Shown here one piece after another: positions 1 through 11,594 of a stretch of 64,000 bases of DNA. Each line of letters begins with the position of its first letter. The stretch's first letter is position 1. Made by a program: the position numbers and the translations under genes. The stretch is from Spongospora subterranea f. sp. subterranea (lineage: Eukaryota), in contig JAUGWO010000051.1 in NCBI GenBank assembly GCA_049724395.1, positions 1 to 64,000 on the forward strand, read 5' to 3'. Below the pieces are notes generated by a model. The model did no database searches. It saw only the letters and a list, made by a program, of their open reading frames with translations, and had not been told where the DNA came from.

Positions 1-2863
1 CAAGGTAAATGCTGCTGGAACGTGACGATCTATCGTGAGGCCATTCTGCTGATACCGTCAGTCGGACCACTGAGTTTTCTGGTCTGTTGTAAAACTCTTC
101 CTTCCGGTATTTTTGTAACACTTGGATCTTTAATCATTTTTGTATACGCTGTTCCTGTTCATAGCTGAGACAATGACAATCCACCGCCGCCTACAATGTC
201 ATTGGAGCTGCGGTCTACATCCTAGGAGAAGGAATCCATTCTTGAACCATTATCACCAAGAACTGTGAAGGAATGATTGCTTGGCTGTTCAAGGGAACCT
301 TTCCACTTTTGGTAGCTGTCAAAGCTGTCAAGTTTGTGCTCATTCTGTAACAGTCGGTGAAGGTGATGAGCGTTGATGATCGACGACATAATAAATCTAA
401 TGTAAATGTAGGCCCGAGGAGTCAGGGAGCGGAAATCCACTTTAACATTCTTTAATTGCCTTGAAACGACATCTTGCCCTCCTTTGGTGTGGTTCCACAT
501 TGAAACTACGTACTGCACAATTTCGTGGCAAGGAGGCAAGCTGTGGGATGCCGAGCGTCGTAAACGTATTGCCTCAGCCATAGACCTCCACAAATGAACA
601 GTAGAACTATCGACCGCGTGATGTAGCGCTTCGGGAGGAGCGCCGATCAGGGGTACTCAGGTTCCAGCATCGGCTTCGACCTTGGAAGTAATCATCGTTA
701 TGATACCGGAATATTGAATCAAATCTGAAATAATTAAACTTGATCAAGGCCGCGTAAATGATTGCCTGATCACTAGCAACAACATATAGTACTCGAGAAC
801 ACGTAGTGGTTGATGCATGGTGAAGCACCTGTCCGCGATAATCAGGCGTCCAAACCAACAGAGAAAACAGGTCCGAACAAGCGTCGATTCTGAAAAACCG
901 CTGTGCGACCTTGTGAGATGTTGCAAGCGCGTTCTAGCCGCTCTTTTGCCTCTGTGATTGTGGTGATCGGCAGCTGTCGTTTTCAATTCCAGAATGCAAA
1001 CAAACAGTTCCTCATCCTCTGCCGCTGTACTTGACTGCATAACGCAAATTCCATCGACAGATGTCGCCATTGTTGGAACAGCTAAACTGTGGAGGAGTCC
1101 TCTATGAACAATTTCTGCGTTCACTATCAACAGATGAGGGCAATGGATCTCATCGAAGAAGGCAATGCCTTCACAATATTGCTCTCGTTTGCACTTCCTA
1201 CTTTAAGGGATGACTTCGTAAGTGGCTTCATGAACCACTTCTTCATCATAACAGAAGATATTCGCATAGAAGGGGTGGCACCACGGATTCGAACGATCAA
1301 CGATTGTTTTGTCCCATTGCACTGCAGCTGTAAGTTGCAAGCAAGTTCTTTCAACTGTGGAATCGTCAATTGATTGAGTTGCTCTGCAGACAGGTCAGGA
1401 CAATTTCCCGTTGCCACAGGCGCATCAGATGTTAGAATCTGCAATCGACGGAGCAGAGCCATTTGCCCCGGGTCTGGGAAGGTTGTAAACGCACGAACAG
1501 CAGCACTTGCTAATGTTGATGTCACCAAACAGCAACCTGCTCGCATAATGTGCCAGTCAAATCCTCCTTGAGCATCAGTTAGGGCCTCAACATTGCGATC
1601 TATAGTTTGCTGAATCAGTTCCTGCCCTGGAACTGACATGGTGACCGATGACGGTTTTTTGGGAACGTAAATTCATGAAACCGCTCGAGGATTGCTGGCA
1701 ATTAGAGTTGCCACATGTCCTCTGCCACTTCGGTAAGCAATGGCATACAAATCCCTGTCCCCATACCGCTTCTTGGCCAGATACAATGATTTACAACCAA
1801 GTTCGGGCACCATTCTGGTCAACACTATGAGTTAGAAAAAAAACTTGAAACACACTGATTACCTTCTGGATCCTATTTTGCTTTGAACGTCACCGAAAAC
1901 AAAAGGAAAGGATCTCATTCTTTTATGAGTTCCTAGAAGCTGGAAACCACACTTCAACAGATATTCTATCAAACTCGGGCCATTGTATCCTCGGTCCAAA
2001 CAAATCAAGTTTGTGCCCTTAACTTGTTCAGGCAGTTGTACTGAGTGAATATGCATGAGCAGCATACGAACCACATCTGCAAAGCTTTCACTTTTTCCTA
2101 ACAAGCGCATCCCTAGAAGCAGCCCAGTTGTCAAAGATACAGCGTTAGTTGAGACTATTCCAAACGCTTTCTTCGCATTATTAACTCTTGTAAATCCCAT
2201 TTGTTCCGATAAAGCGGATGTCAACCGATACTGATCGTCATCAATTGACAAAATTGTGGTTGCAGGAACGAAAGCGAGTTCGGATGCTGTCCTCGAAAAG
2301 GCAGCCTCTGTCCGTCTTATCAAAGTATCCGATGAAAATGGACGATCCCACGTTGCTAAGGTCGATTCCGAATGGTTTTTGCGCTTGAAAGCGTTCATTA
2401 TGGTGGTAAATGAAACACTATTGCAATTCTCAGCATCTGGATAAAGGAAAGCATGTTGAGGATCGAAAAACACGGAGGGTGTGACACCGTATATCGAGAG
2501 ATAGACTAAAACTTTGATGAACGCTACCAGGTCCTGGCTGGAAACGGATTGCCCGACGGGGATCCCCTCACGCAATGCATCACGTAATTCGCGATCAATT
2601 CCATCGAAAAAAAAAATTACACAATCGCTCAACGTAATTTGTTGACTATTCATCAACCTTCTGGCGTTGCTACAAACCGCCAAAATCTCGGTTTTGGCAG
2701 TCAACAAGAGCTCGTGGTCCGTACCAGTTGGCGACAGGCTTATTCCTTCAGAAAGATCAATATGCTTCCATCCGTCCTCAAACCCATTGTCAGATCTGCA
2801 CATCAATTCGGCAAGTTCGTCGCCGGCATAATCGTCTTCGAAAAAGGCTTGTAGGTCAGCCAT
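1..2863 (-). pseudogene. piggyBac-like DDD transposase with internal YqaJ (lambda exonuclease-like) and SAP domains; frameshifted, runs off the left edge
   Basis: ORF 1859-2863 has SIDDD, LDRGY and LLGTHK. A 48-bp intron (1862-1815) joins it in frame, via one stop at 1673-1675, to ORF 1127-1639 (QGGFDWHIMR..VTS; SAP LTIPQLKELAC..GTKQSLIVRI; GSANE). Then GLL..ATSVDG..LELKT (744-1130), YRGQVLHH (607-858) and the piggyBac third-D motif WNHTKGGQD (222-593). Confidence 0.8.
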
Positions 2864-3984
2864 TAGAAACTGCAGAAGTCTGCGTGAGCAAATGAAGGTA
2901 CCCTAACGATCTGGGCCACGGTCAATCAGCCCTGGCTAGAAAATCCGATTATCAATATGCATACAATTTTTTATAAAAATCAATCAAACAGATTAGTGGC
3001 TTTTAAACTTCAAAAATCAGGTTTTTTGAACCCCGGCGGTATATATTATATACCGCCGCTCGATCAGGTTACTCTACGCGCGAACATGGTACGCGCGCGT
3101 ACCCATACGCGCGCGGAGTTTTTGTTCATACTATCCCCCTCACAGTCGTGGCGCAATGCGCGCATGAAAACAATATCCCGGTACTTTAACACCGAACAAA
3201 ATACGACACTCATTGAGAATAATCACAGTGGCAAAAACAATATCGCCAATCATCAATGGAATGCCTCTTAAGTCGAGCTGATCCAACGTCGTATTTTCTA
3301 CAGTCCTCCCGCTTCCCTTTCATTGCCGATTAACTAGGGAATATATTCTACACTACATTAAAATATATCACTTCCTCCTCTCTTCATTTTTTAAAATGCC
3401 GACCAGATATCGGACAATTAAGCCCATGAACTGGCTCAATTCTCAAACAAACACCAAATTGTGCTTTCACCAGACCAAGTTTTTCTTGGAAAATGAATTC
3501 TCCGGAATTATGCCCGTTTTTACGAGCGATTGCATTTACTGAGCTCGATGTCCTGCAGGTTTTTCAACGCAATTCATGAGAAGAATGATCACAGAAAACC
3601 CAGATATAGTGCTCGAGCCGACAGAACATATTTAACTTGGGCAATTTATTGAAAATTGTTGACCAATTTCGTTATCCACCGCTTGTAATATGAAATTGCC
3701 TGTAAAACGGGCATATCCTCCTCATCATCATCATCTTCAGCTTCTTCTCTATCTGTGAGTCTTGCGATCGGTCATCTTTCAAAGCTTGGCTGATACAAGC
3801 CTCGATTTGGTCATTTGTGACGACATCAACTGTGGTATCCGGGGAAAGGTGGAGAATAAGCGGAAAGGTACATGAGATACAAGGACGGTAGGGTCGGGCA
3901 CGACATCACTTTCCCCCGGATCTCGTGTTGCGCCATTATTCGGTAACACATGCGGTATAGACCAAGTTGTACAGTACTGGGGCT

Positions 3985-5040
3985 CCCAGGACAAGTGGGA
4001 CGAGTGGTAACCCCGCCATCTGACGAGGTACTTGCGTGGTCCCTTGCGCGACAAGATTTTATCGACCAAGTACGTGTCAGGGTCGAGTGATGGATTGAGC
4101 TGGACCATCTTCAGCTGGCTCGAAGCCGCGGTGCTTGGTGGCCCTGGAATCCCAAACGGTCGTCCAAGACTGATCCTTTTTATATAGGGCCTTTCAAAGT
4201 CATCCGCCGCACCAAGGGTGGCTCAAAACGATGTTTTGAAAATCCTGCCGGCACGACGATGTCGACTTGCGTTTGCACCAACAGGCTGCAACTTGCGATG
4301 CCAAGCGGAGAACCATTTGTTCAAATGCCCAGAGTTTATGCAAAGTTTCAGACCGATAAAAAAAATCCTGTTTTGTCCCACGGCGGATGACTTTGAAAGG
4401 CCCTATATAAACAGGATCAGTCTTGGACGACCGTTTGAGATCCTGCAGCATAAGATAAGAGTTAATAGGGAAAGGATCGCCGGTCAGGATACGATGGCGC
4501 TTAGAATACTGGGCGATGGCCGCAGCAGCGTGGGAAGAATGGAAAGACAAACGACCTCCTGAGCCCAATGAAGGCGGGCGCGGACGTCGTCGTATGTCGG
4601 TGGGGCAGCGTGAACGGCTGGCGGCTGTGCGTCGAATGGATTCGCTGCTCGGCAGAACATAACCGAGAATGGGGCGCTGGCGTGCGACAATGCCACTCGT
4701 AAGTTGCAGAATAGCTGGACCGCGGGGACATAGCGGTCCCATTCCCCTTCCTCGGAAGCAAGTTGCTTTTTGATAGCCCGGCAAACCGTCTGGACGTTGC
4801 GTTCGGCGAGGCAGTTGGCTCGGGGATGGTAGGCAGTGACCAAGCGATGGTCAATGCCGCATGCTTGAACCATTTGGGCGACCAGGCGGTTCACGAACTC
4901 GGTGCCGTTGTCGGATTAAATAACCAAAGGGAACCCGAAGTCCACGAACACTGCGAGCAGGGCCTGTGCGACCGAGCGGGCACTTCTATCAGCAAGGGCC
5001 GAAAAAAAACGAACCGCGTTTTTTCATCACATCGCGCTGT
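3985..5040 (-). mobile_element. Ty3/gypsy (chromovirus) integrase-chromodomain remnant
   Basis: DNGTEFVN..AYHPRAN..AER integrase core, YIGPFKVI (GPY/F motif), chromodomain YLVDKIL..YLVRWRGY..SWEP; frameshifted, with an internal inversion. Confidence 0.85.
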
Positions 5041-6223
5041 CAACTTTTCCTGCCCATCGCTTCGCATTCTAAGTCCTGACACGTCGTTTCCCAAGAACAG
5101 CTCCCTCATGACGCAGTTCAAGCGCATCAACAGATGATCGGACAGGGTAACGGTGGAGAACATATCAATTACCAACCGCTGCTGTTTAGTTCAGTGAGAA
5201 TTGGCCAGCTTTGGGAGTGCACTTTCATACATTGTTTTAATTACAGTGATTTCGGTTCACGACACCCGAAGCATTATGAGGGTCCGAACGCAGCTGAGAA
5301 ATCTAACGGCTATACCAGTTCAATAATGTCGAGAAATGATACCATGACAACAACAAGGCGGCGATTGGGCTGTATCTTAGGGTTTCAGCAGTATCCTCAT
5401 GGCAATCTTGTGCTGCATCGTTTTTCGACATTGCCACAGGCGACACCAGTCGGATGATGTCTGCCATGAGCGGGGAGTGATCCAGTACTGACAGGCTAAA
5501 TGATCGTGATTTGTTTCTGATCTAATGCTGGAAAACTCACAGACAATCGGTCAGTGTTGTGGCGCCTTCGGGTTGAGTCAGGTCAACGAACGTTGCACCA
5601 ATGTGACCCCGATTGTCGTTCTGGTTCCTACGACTGGAGCGGAACCTCAGAATGGCGAAATGGTAAGAACGTACTTGATACTGCCGATGATCCCGGGTTT
5701 GAGGAAAAAGTGAAACGATGGCAAATTCATTGTTGTACCTCAAATTCCACGATCTGTTGGCCAGGTGTTGAGCGGTCCGGGTAGAAAGCAATTGGCCATG
5801 GATGCGTTTATGATCATAGCGCCTCTTTCCGTCAAATGAAACAATTCCTGGTTGGAATGCATTATTCAGCGCCCCTGGAAAAACATCCATATTTCAGGCA
5901 AACGGCGCCAATGGTGCTTACTTCCTTCCCACATTCGCAGGTCATGTTCAAGCGGTATTCCTTGAGTCAGAATGGGCCAACCTTTCACTTATTTGCCAAC
6001 AGGACCTGATCAAACTGTGAATAATATTGTGAGTTTCATTCGCACCAAAGCTGAACCAATTCGTTGGGATATCATGGGTTTATCACCATTTGCCTTCCCT
6101 ATCTAGCACTTGCACAGTGCCTTTGTGCAGTGAAGAGGTGAGATGATGTTTGTTCGTAATAAAGTAGTCTGTGTTTATTTACAACTTGAAGTTCACGGTG
6201 GGACACGGGATCTAGGTTATCAA

Positions 6224-7096
6224 TCAAACGCGAACTGCACGCGAAGCGACTGTACGCAGAGCGTTGAAGGTTGTAGTTTTTTTCAAAAAGTGCACGAGAA
6301 TCATGGGCCAAATGGTCGACGCCGAATTGAAAGCCATTTCGATAATATAGACGAACACATACTGGTCGACAACGATGGGGGTCATTCCTGCCACCATCAA
6401 GGTGGTGATGACCTCAAATACAGTCTGGATTAGGAAGAACGCCATTGTGATATTGATCAATCGGCCATGACCGGTGGTCGTCGTCGGTGAAGGGGTCGTA
6501 GTTGATCTGCGCTTATTTTCTCGATAACTTGGGGCGCTGGTAAATTTGGTGGCGGGGGTGCGATGCCTGGTCATGATATACTTAAGGAACCGGCAGTTGA
6601 TCGAAATGTCGATAATGAACCGGAGCACCGTTGTCCAGTTATGAACGTTGTTGTTCGGGATGAATACACACAGCTCGATGACCGGGACAATGAAAATCTG
6701 CAGCGATATGTTGAACCAGATCGTGCTGATCGGCAGGTAGATGCAGGCGAGGAACAAGATGGAGTAGTCGATTGCTTGGCTGAATTTTGACTCCATCGTG
6801 TGCAGCATTGTGATTCGCGCTGCAAAGTACATTCGCATCATCGCCTGAACAGAATAGAACGTTGTCCCGCCGATCCGATGAAGAACAGCGCATTCACTCT
6901 CAGTACGGCCAAACACGAACATATTCGCGGACGTGGAAATCATCGCCACAACATTGATGATCACCGCCAAACAGTGCAGCATGATCCAGTAACGAGTGAG
7001 TTTCTTCTGCTGAAATATGATGTAGATGAAGAGGATCAAACCGAAGAAGATCGCCGCCACGATGTAAATCAGGTCGGTATTGATAGGGCTCGCCAT
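6224..7096 (-). CDS. Seven-transmembrane, GPCR-like membrane protein (290 aa, single exon)
   Basis: Intact ORF with about seven hydrophobic segments, Cys at the top of TM3 (ECAVL) and in the second extracellular loop (ELCVF), and a basic Ser/Thr-rich third inner loop. Confidence 0.75.
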   Translation of the reverse strand: MASPINTDLIYIVAAIFFGLILFIYIIFQQKKLTRYWIMLHCLAVIINVVAMISTSANMFVFGRTESECAVLHRIGGTTFYSVQAMMRMYFAARITMLHTMESKFSQAIDYSILFLACIYLPISTIWFNISLQIFIVPVIELCVFIPNNNVHNWTTVLRFIIDISINCRFLKYIMTRHRTPATKFTSAPSYRENKRRSTTTPSPTTTTGHGRLINITMAFFLIQTVFEVITTLMVAGMTPIVVDQYVFVYIIEMAFNSASTIWPMILVHFLKKTTTFNALRTVASRAVRV

Positions 7097-7703
7097 TGAT
7101 GACCTTTAGCTGCAACGATCAGAAGGTCCTGCTGCAAAGTCAACTAAACGATGATCGGGTCGAGGGAGTACACGTATGGTCCATTTTTGACCAGATCTAC
7201 GAGGTACTTCCCCAATCATTTCGTGCTCTTTCCTCTTGTCACATGTTGCTTTGGTGAACTGTGTCTTAGGGGCTCCACAGTTTAGCTCTCCTGTTCATCC
7301 CTTATTGCTCATTCGTTGATTCTGTCAGCGACGTATCGAGCGTTAGATTTGATTGACTCCTCAGTAGTTATATGTTCTGTTGAGATAGGTTCTACGTTTG
7401 ACTTCAACACCTCTTTGAGGGTTTGTTTCTTAAACTGGCACTTCCTCATTCTAACGTCGCTGTATCTTTCAATATTCCTGACGTATTTCAGCGAAAGCCG
7501 CTACTCCAAGTACGATAAATTTTTCTATTTCAGCGATTGGTTCTGTCGGCGCCCGTTTTGCTTTATTTGTCAGATGTTCCTAGTGCAGCCCTTGGGACCG
7601 CAACCGTCCAAGGTTGAATTGCTCACCGCATGAACGGTTTAGCTTCATTATGGCGGAGAATGTGCTGCACTATATCGTGCACGAAATCAAAGCCCAGGTT
7701 GTA

Positions 7704-7856
7704 TGTCAGGAATATTTCAGGCAATATTCCTGTCAGTTACGGGGTGCGGAGTCCGGGGCTAGGTCATTCCGGATTACCTCAAATATAGAGTAGCTCTGTG
7801 CTGGTCTGTTGATTGTCATCAGCATTTCCTGTTCCTGTGTCCGGGTGTTCCTAACA
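7704..7856 (+). repeat. 5' LTR of gypsy element
   Basis: tgtcagg...cctaaca; aligns with 11350-11474 with indels. Confidence 0.85.
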
Positions 7857-7990
7857 GTGTAATCCGGAAATCCGTTCTCAGCATTCTGTTTCTGTTCGAA
7901 GGGGCTCCTGGAGTGGTTCCATTGTGTCCCCTGCCTCAGTCTTCCTTGTTCTGTGGTTGTGTTCCTTTTGTTTTTTTTTGTTCCGCTACC

Positions 7991-9203
7991 ATGGACGTCG
8001 ATTCTCCCCCCTCATACGAACAACTAATGGAGGCCTACCAACAACAGCGGCAATCTAACCGTAATTTGCAGAAAAAGTTGGCTGCCGCCGCGCAAGTGCT
8101 CAGAAACGTCCAAGACCTCCAACGCCCAGCTCACCAAGACGATGGGAAGGGAGAGATCGAGATGTTGCGTCAGGAAGTTCGACAATTGGGTGAACTACGA
8201 GCGCAGAACTCGAACGCCGGCCCAAAACTAGCGACCCCAGAGAAATTCGATGGAAATCGAGCCAGCTTCCGTGCCTTCTTCAACCATGTAAACCTTTTGG
8301 TAAATCTTCCGTCAAATTGACATTGGTCCGACACAGACCGGGTGGGTTTCCTGGTCAGCTTATTGAAGAGGCCTGCACTGAATTGGGTATCGCCTTTGAT
8401 GAAGGTTTTGCTTGAGATTCAACTGTATCGACCGCGCACGCGCTACGCCCGGCGACCTAAAGCATTTCCCTGTTTCCGGTGATCACAATCCGCAATGCGA
8501 TGCCCCGGAGCTCCGCAATACAAACATAATTGATGCTTAAACCGGTACTCCCTCTGATCCGTTGCCTTGAGCGCGTCGATGATCATGGGCTCGTTCTCAC
8601 TTTGTCTTGGCGGCGCAAACCGATAGCGCGCTTCACCTCGCCCGGATCGCTCCTGACGCCGTTCTTCCAGCCTAGCGTCAATACGTATGGACAATGTGAT
8701 AAGATCTTCCAGGTCTACAGGTAACGGAGCCCTTGCTAAATCGTCTTTCACGTCTTCATTAAGCCCTGTCCTTTAACGATGAGCCCTGGCTTGTTCATTC
8801 CATGCTGTATCGACCGCCAGCATCCGAAATTCGGCCGCATAAGTTGCTGCTGAGCTCCTCCCCTGGCGAATGGTCTCTAACTTGGTCTCCGCCGAACGTG
8901 TGCGGTCCGGATCGTCGAAAATTTTGAACCGTCTTGTGAACTACTTCCAATAGTGCAAAACAGCATCGTTCACCTCCATCAAAGTCGATACCCAATCCAG
9001 TGCAGGCCCCTTCAATAAGCTGACCAGGAAACCCACCCGGTCTGGGTCGGACCAATGTCTATTTGACGGAAGATTTACCAAAAGGTTTACCTGGTTGAAG
9101 AAGGCACGGAAGCTGGCTCGATTTCCATCGAATTTCTCTGGGGTCGCTAATTTTGGGCCGGCGTTCGAGTTCTGCGCTCGTAGTTCACCCAATTGTCGCA
9201 CCT
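7991..9203. pseudogene. gypsy gag, split into a + strand 5' part (7991-8400) and an inverted - strand part (8443-9203)
   Basis: EVRQLGELRAQNSNAGPKLATPEKFDGNRASF appears on both strands; the zinc knuckle is in the - strand part. Confidence 0.85.
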
Positions 9204-9407
9204 CGTATGAACGTGTCACTCGTGTGATAGGGTCTAACCTTCGCCCATCAATGACTTCCAAAGAAATCGCGACAATGCTGTCGTCGACAACAAACTTCCA
9301 AACTGGGAATCTTGTAAGGTAATCTTGGATACTAATGGAGCTGCCGGGTTGTTTTCAATTAAAGCTGTTGTTGAAATTTTTAGTAGTGGGAAAACAGGCC
9401 ATGAATT

Positions 9408-11340
9408 CTAGAAGCCGACGCGTCTGATTTCGCAATGGGAGCTGTTCTATCGCAACCGGGACCAAATGATCAACTGCACCCAGTGGCGTTTTATTCCAGG
9501 AAGTTTACCGCGTCGGAAATCATCTACGAAACACACGACAAAGCACTATTAGCAATAGTGGAGGCGTTCAGACAATGGCGTCACTTCTTGGAGGGTAGTC
9601 CACACCAGATACAGATTTTTAGTGATCACAAGAACCTCACACTATTCTCTACTAGCAAGAATCTAAATCGAAGGCAAGCCAGATGGTCCATGGTGTTATC
9701 AGAATACGATTATGTCATTATCCACCGAGCGGGAGCCCTTTCCAGGGAAACCAGACGCATTATCCAGAAGGCCCGAATTCAAAATCACGACCGCAGATAC
9801 CGCATGGACGCAGCAGAAAACCTCCATCATCAATCCGAAAAGGCTAGTCAAGGCACCAAATCCGCGTATTTGCAGTTCGGAACACAGTTCCCGAACCAAT
9901 GATCGACGGGATCAGAGCTGCCCAGGTTGTATCTGAGTTTGTTCAACAGATAAAGTCTCAAGGAGTTCCGTATCCGTTTTCCGTCGAGGCAGAGTTGTTG
10001 TACAAAGAAGGGAGAATGGTCGTTCCTAATCTCGACTTACAGCTCAAGATCTTACAGTCTCGACACGACTCACCGCTCGCAGGGCATTTCGGCAAAGCTA
10101 AGACATTGGCAAATATCACGAAGGATTATTGGTGGCCAGGAATTAGGAGAGTAGTAGATCGATATGTCAAGAGCTGTGATACCTGTATGCGTAATAAGAC
10201 CCCTCGCCATATCCCACATGGACTTTTACTGCCGTTGCCGCTCCCTACACGCCTCTGGTCCTCCATTTCGATGGACTTCATTGTGAAACTTCCGAGCTCT
10301 AACGGATATGACTCGATTCTGGTTGTGGTGGATCGCTACTCGAAAATGGCACACTTTATCCCCTGTTCTGAAAGCATATCATCCCCGGAAACCGCAAACT
10401 TGATTATGGCTAATGTAATTAAGCTGCATGGGTTGCCGGACGACATCGTCTCTGACCGGGGGCCACAATTTGTGTCTAAATTCTGGAAAAGACTACTAAA
10501 TAGACTCAAGATAGAAAGAAAATTATCTACAGCAAGACATCAGGAAACCGATGGACAAACCGAAAGGGTGAATCAGGTCTTGGAGCAGTACCTTAGATGC
10601 TACATCGACTACAACCAGGACAACTGGGCGGATATGCTAGCGGAGGCGGAATTCGCATATAATAACGCTGAACACAGTTCGACAAAGATGACTCCGTTTT
10701 ATGCTAATTATGGTTTTCATCCTCGTTGTGACGAAAGCCCGAGTGCAGTACCACCAGCTGTACCCCAAGCTGACGAGAGAGCAAACCACCTGTCGAGTAT
10801 TCGGAAGTTCCTGCAACACCAACTAAGACAAGCAGTTGCAACTATGAAGAAACATGCAGATAGTTCACGTCAGGACCTACCTGGATTCCAAATTGGAAGT
10901 CGCGTATGGCTGAGGCGAGGAGAGATTGCAACGCTTCGACCTTGTAGCAAACTAAAGAACAAATTATTGGATCTTTTTGAAGTTGTTCGTGTCGTAAATC
11001 CAGTTACATATGAGTTACATTTGCCACATACATGCCGTATTCACAATGTGTTTCATAAATCGCAACTGGAGCCATTCGTCCCTGATGATTTTCCTGGTCA
11101 CGTAGTCCCATTACCCGGGCCAATCCATACTGACGACGACCATGAAACGTTGTTCGAGGTTGAGCAGGGGCCAGCTACAGTACTTTACTTCATTGGAAGG
11201 GTTATTCCTCGTCAGATCGGTCTTGGGAGCCAGCTCGAAGTTTAGGGGCAACAGATGCATTAAAGAAACATATCCTGGAATTTCACAAGAATCAACCCAA
11301 TAAGCCGGGACCTTTACTGGACAAGAAAAGCAAGCAAAAG
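9408..11340 (+). pseudogene. gypsy pol RNase H-integrase-chromodomain
   Basis: [22 protein letters not shown] zinc finger, SISMDF, SDRGPQF, TDGQTERVNQ; frameshifts near 9740, 9890 and 11170. Confidence 0.9.
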
Positions 11341-11349
11341 GGGAGATAA

Positions 11350-11474
11350 TGTCACCAATATTCCAGGCTCCTGTCAGTTACGGCGTGCGGTAGGTCATTC
11401 CGGATTATCATCTCTGTGCTGTTCTGCTGATCGTCATCATCATATCCTGTTCCTGTGCCCGGGTGTTCGTAACA
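11350..11474 (+). repeat. 3' LTR of gypsy element
   Basis: tgtcacc...cgtaaca, preceded by a polypurine tract. Confidence 0.85.
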
Positions 11475-11594
11475 GTACTTGTCTATCAATTCAACATTAA
11501 AAACAAGATTGTTCAACATTGCCTGAATAGCCGGCTAAGGGGAAATCTCTAGCCGGCAAGCCGTAACCGTAGCCGTGGACACCCCTAAAGCTTA

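Larger units (their letters stand above)
7704..11474 (+). mobile_element. Ty3/gypsy chromovirus LTR retrotransposon, rearranged (gag partly inverted and duplicated, RT deleted)
   Basis: Related TG..CA LTRs at both ends; PPT aaaaggggagataa before 11350; gag (PEKFDG, CLYCGAPGHRIADC), RNase H ([13 protein letters not shown]), integrase and chromodomain. No matching TSD seen. Confidence 0.9.

Noticed and set aside
5540..6010. Cys/Trp-containing + strand reading frame with one stop
   Set aside because: No recognisable domain, start or splice structure.
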